A DNA stretch of 64,000 bases. It comes from Armatimonadota bacterium (GTDB lineage: Bacteria; Armatimonadota; UBA5829; DSUL01). The notes under the pieces are model-generated. The model was not told the DNA's origin, did not search any database, and saw only the letters and a list, made by a program, of their open reading frames with translations. The position numbers and the translations under genes were made by a program. Of the stretch, positions 20,671 through 30,435 are shown piece by piece. Numbering within the stretch: position 1 is the stretch's first letter; each line of letters starts with the position of its first letter. The stretch is from NCBI GenBank assembly GCA_039811685.1, contig JBDHZC010000001.1:909404-973403 (forward strand). Reading direction: 5' to 3'.

Positions 20671-22158
20671 CTACTCACGGAACACATCATAGAGCGCCAG
20701 ACCATACAACGCTGAGTTAGCTCCCAGGTGCTCCCACGCGCCGGTGAAACCGCGAAGCGCATTGAGGGCAAGCTCTTCCCACCTGGGTTCCCCGGTCGTC
20801 CTGGCCAAGCGGCCAAAGAATGACGCGAGCAGCATGTTGTCTTCATAGGATTTGTCGCGAGCGCGGAGCAATCCCAGCCCCAGAGGGTCCACTGCATCAT
20901 AGTACCCCGGCCCGCGCGGATCGTGAAACGTCTGGTGGATCAGCGAAGCCAACTCTTGCGCCTGGCTCAGCAAGGCCCCCTCAGCAGTCGCCGAAGCGAG
21001 ATCAAGAAGAGTGAGTCCGAGCTCGCACTGGTCAACAAGCAGACCTTGCACCTGTGGCTGTGTGTCACAGTAGCGGTACGCCAGGCCGTTTTCAGGCCAT
21101 AGAATCTCTGTAACTCTATTGTAGAGACGCAGCGCCCGTTCAGTTTGTGACTCATCCTGCAAATCTTCAGCGACTCTGAGCAACGCGCGCACCATCTGGC
21201 AGCTAGACTCAAGAAAAATCGTCTGGTCTGAAGGGGGTGGCTGTTGTCTGTCGCGCTCGGAGCGTCCGAGGCTGTAGTAGGCCGCATCCGCGACTTGAGC
21301 ATTGGCAAAGAGGCCACGGCCAGGATCAAAAAGCATTCTCTCGCAGTAATCCAGGACGCCTTCAACAGCTTCCCGGTAATCCAACTCACCCGTGAGAGCG
21401 TGCGCCTGAGAATAGCATATTATGTGCCGAGCCTGATCAGACAACAGCTTTTCGTAGCGAGGGCTGGACCAGTCCGCTTCATCAGAACTCCGAAAGAAAC
21501 CGCCGTCCTCCCAGTCGTACAGTCCGCTTTGCAGCATGCCGTCCAGGGCATCCGTCGCCAGGCTCAGCAGGTCAGATTCCGGGGCCTGTCCAGCGACCTT
21601 CAGCAGCAACTCGATAGCGGAAAAGTGGGGAAACTTCGGCGCCTCCCCGAAGCCTCCGAAATCCCGATCAGCGCTCGCCTGGAGGCATTCCAGCACTTTC
21701 GACGTCATCCATGGACTCGGCTGGCGGGTGGAATCCTGACGGCTGGCCAGAGCGGCTTCACGGGCATGCTCTGTCTCTGAAGCTCTCAACTCCAACTCGG
21801 AGCGTTTGGTTTGGTACAGATGCTGCACCCCATCCAGCGCGTTCAGCAGCGCTTCGGGCGGTAAGAATGTCGATCCGGTGATAAGCTGCGCCTGCGGCGT
21901 CAGAAAGGCGACTGTCGGCCACCCTCCCATGCGAAATCTGCGATCAATGTCGGGACGACGCGTGGCATCCACACGCACCGGAACAAAGCTGCTTTCAATG
22001 CGCTCTGCAATGCTCGGATCCTGCCAGGAAGTCTGCTCCATCAGGCGGCACAGTCCGCACCAGAACTGCTCCAGAAACAGCAGCACAGGACGGTCGTGTT
22101 CGTCCGCGAGTGAAAGAACATCCCGTGACCAATCGTTCCATTGTACCAGGTCTGTCAG
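20671..22158 (-). CDS. DUF255 / SSP411-like thioredoxin-domain protein (probable CTG start)
   Basis: VQWNDW...RPVLL...WCGLC, RPDID.R..MGGWPT.AFLTP, GGFG.APKFP and YEKLL.DQA. The frame extends 24 codons upstream of the GTG at 22086. Confidence 0.85.
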   Translation of the reverse strand: MTDLVQWNDWSRDVLSLADEHDRPVLLFLEQFWCGLCRLMEQTSWQDPSIAERIESSFVPVRVDATRRPDIDRRFRMGGWPTVAFLTPQAQLITGSTFLPPEALLNALDGVQHLYQTKRSELELRASETEHAREAALASRQDSTRQPSPWMTSKVLECLQASADRDFGGFGEAPKFPHFSAIELLLKVAGQAPESDLLSLATDALDGMLQSGLYDWEDGGFFRSSDEADWSSPRYEKLLSDQARHIICYSQAHALTGELDYREAVEGVLDYCERMLFDPGRGLFANAQVADAAYYSLGRSERDRQQPPPSDQTIFLESSCQMVRALLRVAEDLQDESQTERALRLYNRVTEILWPENGLAYRYCDTQPQVQGLLVDQCELGLTLLDLASATAEGALLSQAQELASLIHQTFHDPRGPGYYDAVDPLGLGLLRARDKSYEDNMLLASFFGRLARTTGEPRWEELALNALRGFTGAWEHLGANSALYGLALYDVFRE

Positions 22159-23441
22159 CGGCTGCCTCCGTGTCTAATCAGCGTCCCTCTTGCCGGATGG
22201 CGCAATCCGTACCACTGTAGCGCCGATCCCAGCAGGACGAATATCGACCCAAGAACAAATACCCAACGGATGTCCCCTCCTCTCAGCCGCAGCGCATGCG
22301 CAAGTCCTGAGCCTACAAACGGCGCGATAATTCCCCGCACGCCAAGCAACAGGCTGTGCATCCCCTGGTACTGCACGGCGTTGTGAGGAGAAGAGAAGTG
22401 CATAACGCTGTTGAAGTATGATAGCTCTATTCCCGCATTTATCACCCCCTGTGTCACCGCCATTGGAAGCAGCATCCACACCTGCGTCGCCAGAATGTGG
22501 TTCCAGGGGATAATCAGGCCGAGGAGGCTGTTGACGAGGACGATTTTCAACGGACTGATAGAATCCGTCAGACGCCCCCAGAACACATAGGAGAGCATCC
22601 ACACGATCTGAGAAACGTTCGTCAGAATGCTGATCCACCGGGATGAGATATGCAGATAATCCACCTGATAGATCGTCAACACCGGGATAATCATCAGATT
22701 TCCGAAGCCATACACAAACACCGCCATCGCAAAGAAACGGAAACCCACGTCCTCTTTCACGAGACGAAGCGCGCCCAGAACAAACTCCCCCGGTGAGCCT
22801 TCCGGCGCGGCCGGCTGCTGTAGCGGAATCCGGATCAAAGAGTAGATGTACAATGCGGCGAACCCAAAGGGCGCATACAGCGCAAACACCCACCGCCAGC
22901 CGATCACATCCATCAAGACTCCGGAGAGAAAGGTGGCGAGGATCATCCCTCCGACCAGCACCACCCGCGTATAGCTAAGCAGGCGGCCAATGAATCTGGG
23001 AGGATAGATGAGGCGCAGAATTGTGGCGTGAGTGGGGAAGGGAATTGCGGACAGGCAGTTGACAGCAAAGACCGCCAGCGCAAACCAGAGGCCGCCAGTC
23101 GCCAGCGCCGCCAGAACCAGAAAGACGCGCGCGACCGTGTACCAAAGGGCGACATTGCGCACTGGCCGGCCGCTGGAGATCGTGTGGGTCAGCGGGAGAG
23201 CCAGGAGGCTTCCGACAAACGGACCCGCTGCGATAATGCTGAGTTCGGTTCCGCTGGCGTGAAAGTGGTCTCGGGCAACGAAGGCGGCAAACGGAGGGGT
23301 GCCGCCAATCCAAAGCCCACCAAAAGCCGAAATGAAGAGGTCTTTGCGAAAGTTGGACCGCGCGCGCCAGGGAACAAGACTTTCGAATATCGCAACGTCC
23401 TGCCGCAGCCCTGAATCCGCGCTACTCCTGGAACTCGACAA
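22155..23441 (-). CDS. MFS transporter
   Basis: About 12 hydrophobic segments; WGRLTD motif. Confidence 0.85.
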   Translation of the reverse strand: MSSSRSSADSGLRQDVAIFESLVPWRARSNFRKDLFISAFGGLWIGGTPPFAAFVARDHFHASGTELSIIAAGPFVGSLLALPLTHTISSGRPVRNVALWYTVARVFLVLAALATGGLWFALAVFAVNCLSAIPFPTHATILRLIYPPRFIGRLLSYTRVVLVGGMILATFLSGVLMDVIGWRWVFALYAPFGFAALYIYSLIRIPLQQPAAPEGSPGEFVLGALRLVKEDVGFRFFAMAVFVYGFGNLMIIPVLTIYQVDYLHISSRWISILTNVSQIVWMLSYVFWGRLTDSISPLKIVLVNSLLGLIIPWNHILATQVWMLLPMAVTQGVINAGIELSYFNSVMHFSSPHNAVQYQGMHSLLLGVRGIIAPFVGSGLAHALRLRGGDIRWVFVLGSIFVLLGSALQWYGLRHPARGTLIRHGGSR

Positions 23442-25008
23442 GCTGCACCGTCTGCAGTCCTTCCACCGTCTTCAACTCCTTCATCAGCTCATCAGACACT
23501 GGGTCATCAACCGCCAGTACCATCACCGCCTGCTTGCCCTGCTCTTCTCTACCGACATGCATACCAGCGATGTTCACGTTGTGAGACCCCAGAATTACGC
23601 CGACTTTTCCGATAACCCCCGGCTTGTCAAGGTGCTCCGAGACCAGGATACGCCCGTGCGGGATGATGTCGATAGCATAACCATCAATTGAGGTGATCCG
23701 GATATCTCCGCGACCGAAGACAGTCCCGCTCACTTCACGCCTCTGCTTGTCTGTTTTGTAGGTGATGGTCATCAGATCCGTGTATTCCGGATGGGTGCTG
23801 GAGCGCGTCTCCTCGATGTGAATTCCCCGGCTCTCCGCCAGCAGCATAGCGTTGACGTAGTTGACATTCTCCGGTGTGACTGGCTGGAGAAAACCGACCA
23901 GCGCCGCACGAGTGACCGCGCCTGTGTCCTCGGATGCGAGGCCGCCAAAGTAGTGAATCTCAGCAGCCTGAGCTCGCCCTTCCGTTGTTGAAACCGCCAG
24001 CGTACCCATAGCTTCGGCCAGCCTGATATATGGGGACAGAACAGCCATTTGCTCCGACGAAAGGGCCGGCATATTCACAGCGCTGCGGGGAGGATTGCCC
24101 GCCAGGACATCGACAATCTGCTCAGCGACGTCAATGGCGACGTTTACCTGGGCTTCTTTTGTGGAAGCGCCAAGATGTGGGGTGGTGACAGTCTGCTCCA
24201 TCTTAATGAGCGGATGCTCAGGAGAGGCGGGCTCCTGTTCGTAAACGTCAATGGCGGCGCCAGCCACCTTCCCGCTTTCGAGAGCTCGCTCAAGCGCTTT
24301 CTCGTCAACAATACCGCCGCGTGCCGCATTGATAATGCGCACACCGTCTTTCATCTTCGCAAACTGTTCATCGCTGATCAGCTTTGTGGTTTGCGCATTC
24401 TTGGGCAGATGCAGGGTAATGAAGTCACTGCGAGTGATGAGCTCGTCCAGATCAACCACTCGAACCCCGGCGCGCTGGGCGGCGTCGGCAGAGAGAAATG
24501 GATCGTGCGCTATGACGTCCATCTCGAAAGAGAGAGCGCGGCGAGCAACCTCCCGGCCGATCTTACCAAAGCCGACAATACCCAGAGTCTTCTTGTAGAG
24601 CTCGACTCCGACGTACTTGCTGCGCACCCACTGCCCCGACTTGAGCGCGCATGTTGCGGCGGGAATATTCCTGGCCATCGCGAGGAGCAGCGCCATGGTC
24701 AGCTCGGCAGCCGCAATAGTGTTGCCGCCCGGTGAGTTAACGACGACAATTCCGCGCCTGGTCGCCTCCGGAACATCGATATTGTCCACCCCGACGCCAG
24801 CCCGGCCGATAATTTTCATGTTTGTGGCGGCAGCCAGCACCTCGGCAGTCACCTTCGTTTCGCTGCGCACAGCAAGAGCGTCATAGCCGCCAACTATCGA
24901 AATGAGCTCTTCTTTGGAGAGCCCGGTTTTGACGTCCACGTCCGCGTGTTTGCTGAGGATGTCTATTCCTCTTTGCGCGATTGGATCGCTGACAAGCACT
25001 TTAGCCAT
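23422..25008 (-). CDS. serA: D-3-phosphoglycerate dehydrogenase
   Basis: GRAGVGVDNID, GFGKIG, INAARGG and TPHLGAST; C-terminal ASB and ACT domains (DKPGVIG). Confidence 0.96.
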   Translation of the reverse strand: MAKVLVSDPIAQRGIDILSKHADVDVKTGLSKEELISIVGGYDALAVRSETKVTAEVLAAATNMKIIGRAGVGVDNIDVPEATRRGIVVVNSPGGNTIAAAELTMALLLAMARNIPAATCALKSGQWVRSKYVGVELYKKTLGIVGFGKIGREVARRALSFEMDVIAHDPFLSADAAQRAGVRVVDLDELITRSDFITLHLPKNAQTTKLISDEQFAKMKDGVRIINAARGGIVDEKALERALESGKVAGAAIDVYEQEPASPEHPLIKMEQTVTTPHLGASTKEAQVNVAIDVAEQIVDVLAGNPPRSAVNMPALSSEQMAVLSPYIRLAEAMGTLAVSTTEGRAQAAEIHYFGGLASEDTGAVTRAALVGFLQPVTPENVNYVNAMLLAESRGIHIEETRSSTHPEYTDLMTITYKTDKQRREVSGTVFGRGDIRITSIDGYAIDIIPHGRILVSEHLDKPGVIGKVGVILGSHNVNIAGMHVGREEQGKQAVMVLAVDDPVSDELMKELKTVEGLQTVQLVEFQE

Positions 25009-25056
25009 AAGTCTTCTGAAGCCTCCCTTGAGTTTTTCGCCAAAACCAGGCCCACA

Positions 25057-25845
25057 CTACAGGGCCATCACACGCAGAGTTGCCCCCGAACGAATGCCTA
25101 ACTCGCGCGCGGCCGATCCGCCTGGCACCGCAATCTCGAGATGTCCCGAACTGCCAAGCAGCGCGGCAGGTCTGCCCCAACCCGCCTGCACATAATAGTC
25201 AAATACACCATCCAGCCGTCTGCCGCCTATTTCGACGGAGAAATCCTTGCTGCCTCTTAGCATCTCAGATCGAATGTTGCTGATAGCATTGCCAAAATGG
25301 TCAATGTGAACTATCTGACCGTGCAAGACTCCACACTCATCGCGCGATGCTTCAAGTCCATCCAGTACCACTGGAGCGGTAATTGCAGGACCTACAGCCT
25401 GGACACTGCCGCCACACGCCAGATACGCTGCAAGCGGGCCCATAATGTCTCGACCGTGGAATGTTTGTGATATGTTTCGCAAATGCAGCCGCTCGTCCTC
25501 CAGGCAATACGCTGAAAATGCGCCCTCCCTGAACACGTAGGACAGCAGCCCGTTGTCCGGGGCGACGAACAGGTGACCCTCCACCGTAGCGGCCAGGATT
25601 TGTCGCTGTGAGCCGACTCCCGGATCGACAACTGCGAGATGCACAGTGCCCTGGGGATAGTGACGCCAGTACGTGCTGAGCACGTAAGCAGCGGACAAGA
25701 CATCCTGAGGAGCGATATGATGACAGGCATCAACGACACGGGCGCGCGGCGCGGCTGTGGCTATCACTCCTTTGACAGACGCGACATATCCGTCAGATGT
25801 CCCAAAGTCAGAGAGAAAAGTGATTAAGCGCTCAGGACTCTGCAA
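25057..25845 (-). CDS. SAM hydroxide adenosyltransferase / chlorinase-fluorinase family (DUF62)
   Basis: SDFG..D.YV..VKGVI, VVDPGVGS.R, PDNG, TFHGRD and DHFGN. Confidence 0.92.
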   Translation of the reverse strand: MQSPERLITFLSDFGTSDGYVASVKGVIATAAPRARVVDACHHIAPQDVLSAAYVLSTYWRHYPQGTVHLAVVDPGVGSQRQILAATVEGHLFVAPDNGLLSYVFREGAFSAYCLEDERLHLRNISQTFHGRDIMGPLAAYLACGGSVQAVGPAITAPVVLDGLEASRDECGVLHGQIVHIDHFGNAISNIRSEMLRGSKDFSVEIGGRRLDGVFDYYVQAGWGRPAALLGSSGHLEIAVPGGSAARELGIRSGATLRVMAL

Positions 25846-25851
25846 AGCGCC

Positions 25852-26622
25852 CTAGACCTCTATCTCAAGACGCAGCCCATCGTAGGCCATAAAGACACCC
25901 TCCGGCAGGGCCTCCTGTGTCTGTTGATGCCCGAGATCATGCGCAATGTGCGTGAAGTAGGTGCGTTGTGGTTGAATCTGGTCGAGAAGATCGAGCGCTT
26001 CTGAAACGCAAAGATGTGTCGGATGTGGACGCTGACGCAAAACGCCCAGGGCCAAGGTGTCCAGCCCTCTCAAACGCTCAAGGGCTGGATATGGAATAGT
26101 CTTGACGTCGGTGACGTAGGCGAAGCTGCCCACGCGAAGCGCCGTTACGCCCGTCTTGCCATGCAGGACTGTCAGAGGCTCCACTGGCAGTCCAGCGATA
26201 TCCGCCATTCCGTTCAGCTCAACAAGCTCAAGGATAGGAAGCCCCCCTCCGTAATGCTGGGAGCCGAAAGCGTACCGGAAAGTCTGGCGAACCTCGGAAA
26301 GTGTCTCTGAAGACCCGTAACACTCGATAGCGCCGTCAGTGATAGCGTTGAAGCGCCTGATGTCGTCAAGTCCCATAATATGATCTGCGTGATGGTGTGT
26401 GAACACCACAGCATCAACGCGATTGACCCCGTACCGGATACAGCTCAGGCGCAACTCGGGAGGCGTATCCACAAGGACGCGGTGTCCGTTTGCGCTTAGC
26501 AGGACAGAGGGACGATTGCGTCTGTCTCGCGGGTCGCTCGAAGAGCACACGGCGCATTCGCATCCGATCATCGGTACGCCGTGGGACGTACCGGTTCCGA
26601 GAAAAAGAACCTCCAGAGTCAC
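25852..26622 (-). CDS. PhnP/YycJ-like MBL-fold phosphodiesterase
   Basis: LGTGTSHGVP.IGC.C.VC.S, THHHADHIMGLDD and THIAH. Confidence 0.9.
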   Translation of the reverse strand: MTLEVLFLGTGTSHGVPMIGCECAVCSSSDPRDRRNRPSVLLSANGHRVLVDTPPELRLSCIRYGVNRVDAVVFTHHHADHIMGLDDIRRFNAITDGAIECYGSSETLSEVRQTFRYAFGSQHYGGGLPILELVELNGMADIAGLPVEPLTVLHGKTGVTALRVGSFAYVTDVKTIPYPALERLRGLDTLALGVLRQRPHPTHLCVSEALDLLDQIQPQRTYFTHIAHDLGHQQTQEALPEGVFMAYDGLRLEIEV

Positions 26623-26837
26623 TCTTCACCCCCAGTCCGCGATGCGGGCCGCCGGTGTGTGCGCGACATTCGATCTTCGGCGATCAGACGGGCTAACTCG
26701 GCGTAAGGGTCCACGGGAGGGCCTTCTTTGTGGTAATCATCAATGCGCTCATTAAGCTTATGAGCTCTGGCAACAATCTGTTTCAGCAAGACGCCGATCA
26801 CCGCCAGGCCAATGACAAGGAAAAGGACAAACAGCAT
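26619..26837 (-). CDS. Small membrane-anchored hypothetical protein
   Basis: N-terminal TM helix; 4-bp overlap with the downstream gene. Confidence 0.6.
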   Translation of the reverse strand: MLFVLFLVIGLAVIGVLLKQIVARAHKLNERIDDYHKEGPPVDPYAELARLIAEDRMSRTHRRPASRTGGEE

Positions 26838-26955
26838 TTCAAGTATCAGGTGATTTCTCCTGGTGACATCTCAATCGAACACATGAAGCTCTACGTCGCC
26901 AACGGTAATAACGTTCATCCAACGAACAGAAAGGGCTCCGCGCCAGTCTACGATA

Positions 26956-26964
26956 TGGTAGAAT
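26956..26964 (+). promoter_or_regulatory. Putative extended -10 promoter for the subtilase gene
   Basis: TGGTAGAAT (TGn-TAGAAT) in the divergent intergenic region. Confidence 0.4.
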
Positions 26965-27091
26965 ATTCTGAGACTGCAGGCTGATGAGCTGACATTCACC
27001 GGCCGGGCTAACCTTTTCTAACTACACTGAGGATATTACCATCGGATTGTCGTCCTGTGGCGCTGACGCTCACGCTTCCCGCGGCGCCCAT

Positions 27092-29314
27092 ATGTGCTGG
27101 CTGATACCCTTTCTGACAGCGCTTGTACTGGCGCTGAGCAGTGTTGTGTACGCAGGGCAGCCCATCATCGTCACTATGCGTAAGGCAGATGCGCGTCCTG
27201 GCGCACCTGTGCAGATGAGCGCCCAGGTGAAAAAGAAGCTTGGTAACCTCAGGCCAGCCTTCAGGCCAAAAAACAAAGCGCTGGCTGCGCAACTCGGCCT
27301 GGACCGCATCTACATTGCCGAAGGCTCAAATACGGCCGACCTGCCCACCATCCGGAAAGACCCCGCGGTCGAGTCGGCTCAGACATCTCAGAATGTGAGG
27401 CTGGCGGCTGTCCCAAACGACCCCAAGTTTCCCGATCAGTGGCATCTGCGGAACACTGGACAGGACGGCGGCACGGTTGGCGCAGATATCCACGCAGTTC
27501 CAGCGTGGAACATAGCCACCGGACTTTCTTCCATCACGGTAGCAGTAGTTGACACAGGAGCGGATCTTCAGCACCCTGACCTGCAGCCCAACATCTGGAC
27601 AAACGTCCATGAGATTCCCGGCAACTCGATTGACGATGACAGCGACGGATATGTGGACGACGTTCACGGCTGGAACTTTACCGCGACCAGCGCCCAGACG
27701 CCATACGGCAACAACAACCCACAGGATGACCACGGTCATGGCACTAGCTGTGCCGGACTCGTTGCGGCGGTAGGCAACAACGGAATCGGGGTGACCGGTG
27801 TAAGCTGGAACAGCAAGATCATGCCCGTGAAGGTAGTCAAGGCCGACGGCCAGGGTGAGGATATCTGGGTTGCGCAGGGCATCATTTACGCTGTGGACGC
27901 CGGTGCGGATGTCATCAGTGTAAGTCTGGTTATGGACACAGACGTCCCGGCCGTTCACAGCGCCGTAACCTACGCCATTTCCAGCGGCGTAACTGTGGTT
28001 GCGGCGATGGGCAATGACAACTCCTCAACCATTCGGTTTCCAGCGGCGATCCCGGAAGTGATTGCAGTCGGCAGCACTGATCACAATGACAAACGATCAT
28101 GGTTTTCCAACATCGGCACCCACATTGACGTTGTAGCGCCCGGTTCCGACGTCGTGACAACGGCTCTGGGAAGCATCGCAAATCCTGCCGCGACAACTAA
28201 TTATTTTACAGGAACCTCTGCGTCCACGCCGATTGTCGCGGGAATGTGCGCTGTGGTTTTGTCCGTCAACAACACTCTGTCGCCGAACCAGATGCAGAAT
28301 CTGATACGTCAGGGAGCTGACGATCTTCCGCCTTACGGGTTTGACATCAGTACTGGCTACGGACGAGTGAACCTGTACGCCACACTGCTGGCGCTGCTCG
28401 ACACATCGCCACCAAGCACGCCCGCAGTCTCGGTTGCAGATCCTTATACTTCCAGCAGCTCGTCATTGACCTTCAGTTGGACGGCATCTACGGACGCCGA
28501 GAGCGGAATTGTTGGCTATGAGTATGCAGTTGGCACAACGGCGAATCCTCAAGTCATCCGTAGCTGGACGCCCGTGGGCATTGCGAGTGATTACACCGCG
28601 CTCGGACTCAACCTTCAGCCCGGTCAGCCCTATCAAATATCCGTGCGAGCGCGCAACGGCGCTCATCTGCAGAGTGCCTCCGGTGTGTCGCCTTCCGTGA
28701 TCTATGCGCCTCCCGTCTCCTCCATCGGTGAAGCGCGCGGACTGGACTATCACACATATGTCACTGTGCAGGCGCGCCGCGTCACCGCCAGTTTCCCCGA
28801 CAGAATGTGGCTCTCTGAAGTTGATAGAAGCTCCAGTATAGCCGTAGAGGGCTCCTTTGGAGTGGATGATGGGGATGTTGTCACGGCCAGCGGCTGGCTG
28901 GATAACTCAGGCTGCTTCTTGACACTCAAGGACGCCGACGTGCAGGTGCTAAGTCCAGCCACGCCTTTGCGCCCACTCTTAATAAAGCAGAAAAGCCTCG
29001 GAGGGCAGGCGCTCAACTCTTCCGTTGGCGGTGTAACAAACGGGTTTGGCCTCTACAACATTGGTATGCTTGCTACCGTCTGGGGAAAGGTTTCTGACCC
29101 GCAGTGGACGACATTCATTGCGGATGACGGCTCTAACGCATCTGCTTCGGGTGGGCAGACGGGGGTGAAGGTGCTGGCGGACGGCTACACAATCCCTGGT
29201 GCGGGCGCCTTTGTGACTGTGACGGGCATTGTCGAGTGTGAAAATCAGAACGGTACAGTCTATCCCGTTATCCGCGTGCGAAAAGAGAGCGACATCGCCC
29301 CCCAAACCCCGTAG
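27092..29314 (+). CDS. Secreted S8 subtilisin-like serine protease with FN3 domain and C-terminal putative surface module
   Basis: Signal peptide; catalytic triad VAVVDTG / HGHGTSCAG / GTSASTP; DDDSDGYVDDVHGWNF insert; FN3 (SWTASTDAESGIVGYEY). Confidence 0.92.
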   Translation: MCWLIPFLTALVLALSSVVYAGQPIIVTMRKADARPGAPVQMSAQVKKKLGNLRPAFRPKNKALAAQLGLDRIYIAEGSNTADLPTIRKDPAVESAQTSQNVRLAAVPNDPKFPDQWHLRNTGQDGGTVGADIHAVPAWNIATGLSSITVAVVDTGADLQHPDLQPNIWTNVHEIPGNSIDDDSDGYVDDVHGWNFTATSAQTPYGNNNPQDDHGHGTSCAGLVAAVGNNGIGVTGVSWNSKIMPVKVVKADGQGEDIWVAQGIIYAVDAGADVISVSLVMDTDVPAVHSAVTYAISSGVTVVAAMGNDNSSTIRFPAAIPEVIAVGSTDHNDKRSWFSNIGTHIDVVAPGSDVVTTALGSIANPAATTNYFTGTSASTPIVAGMCAVVLSVNNTLSPNQMQNLIRQGADDLPPYGFDISTGYGRVNLYATLLALLDTSPPSTPAVSVADPYTSSSSSLTFSWTASTDAESGIVGYEYAVGTTANPQVIRSWTPVGIASDYTALGLNLQPGQPYQISVRARNGAHLQSASGVSPSVIYAPPVSSIGEARGLDYHTYVTVQARRVTASFPDRMWLSEVDRSSSIAVEGSFGVDDGDVVTASGWLDNSGCFLTLKDADVQVLSPATPLRPLLIKQKSLGGQALNSSVGGVTNGFGLYNIGMLATVWGKVSDPQWTTFIADDGSNASASGGQTGVKVLADGYTIPGAGAFVTVTGIVECENQNGTVYPVIRVRKESDIAPQTP

Positions 29315-29326
29315 AGCTTATCTCTA

Positions 29327-30373
29327 CTAGAGCGTTACAACAGCCCGAATCACTCCGTCTCTGCGTTGTCTTGCGATCTCGAACGCATCCACCGTGTTTT
29401 CCAGCGGAAAACGGTGCGTCACGTAGGATGACAGGTCAATCTGATGAGAGGCGCACCAGTCAAGGGCTCGTTGAGTGGCGTTTCGGCTGCGGCGGACAAA
29501 CTGGATACTCAGACTCTTGCGCCGTGCGACAGACGCTGTGAAGTGTACTTCATCCGGGTAAGGAATCCCCGCAATGACGAGGCGGCCGTTATAGTCCACA
29601 AGCTGAACACCTTGTTCGACAGCGTCATTTGTACCGGCGCACTCAAACACAAGTGCGGGGCCATGTCCGCGATTTTCTCCCTTGATTGCCTCAAAGGCCG
29701 TTCCGCCGTCTGTCGCAATCACACAGTCCGCGCCCAGCTTCCTGGCCAGAGCGCAGCGCTCTTCCAGAGGGTCCACAACCCAGATGCGCCCCGCTCCCAT
29801 CACACGGGCTGCCTGCAGCACGGATAGCCCGATAGCCCCGGCTCCAAGGATTGCAGTGTCCTCTCCATTCGCCATCTCTGCTAGATCAACCGCATAAATG
29901 CCCACCGCCATCGGCTCGGTCATGGCGGCCTCTTCTGCACTCAATCCGTTTGGCGCTTTGAGGCAAAGATCGGCTGGCCAGGCCACATACTCCCTCAGCG
30001 CCCCGTCAACCGGAGGCGTCCCGAGAAATCGTACTCGCGGGCATAGATTGATGAGTCCGCGTCTGCACAGATCACATTCCCCGCAAGGATTGCCAGGCTC
30101 AACCGCCACAGTATCTCCCACTTGGAGGCCTGAAACATTCTCTCCGACTGCAGCGACCTCTGCACCAACTTCGTGACCGAGGACTAACGGATGCTCGACG
30201 ACGGCGTCCCCTATGCCTCCTTCGTTATAGTAGTGTACGTCAGACGCGCATATACCCACGGCTTTGATGCGCAGCAGCACTTCGTCTGGCTTAACGGAGG
30301 GCACCGATTCTGTTGACAGTCGAATGTCCCCGGCGGCAAACAAACGGGCGGTCTTATTAGTATTTGAAGGCAT
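29327..30373 (-). CDS. Zn-dependent sugar-alcohol dehydrogenase (sorbitol DH-like MDR)
   Basis: GICASDVHYY, GHE, CGECDLC...NLC and GAGAIG. Confidence 0.9.
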   Translation of the reverse strand: MPSNTNKTARLFAAGDIRLSTESVPSVKPDEVLLRIKAVGICASDVHYYNEGGIGDAVVEHPLVLGHEVGAEVAAVGENVSGLQVGDTVAVEPGNPCGECDLCRRGLINLCPRVRFLGTPPVDGALREYVAWPADLCLKAPNGLSAEEAAMTEPMAVGIYAVDLAEMANGEDTAILGAGAIGLSVLQAARVMGAGRIWVVDPLEERCALARKLGADCVIATDGGTAFEAIKGENRGHGPALVFECAGTNDAVEQGVQLVDYNGRLVIAGIPYPDEVHFTASVARRKSLSIQFVRRSRNATQRALDWCASHQIDLSSYVTHRFPLENTVDAFEIARQRRDGVIRAVVTL

Positions 30374-30435
30374 GGTATTCTCCAGAGAGGTTGTAGCCAC
30401 AGGGATTGTAGCCACAAATGCAGGTGATGGAGGAT

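Noticed and set aside
25057..25845. Halogenase (fluorinase/chlorinase) biosynthetic role
   Set aside because: Housekeeping context and the TFHGRD motif fit the widespread SAM hydrolase (DUF62) subgroup; no biosynthetic cluster nearby.
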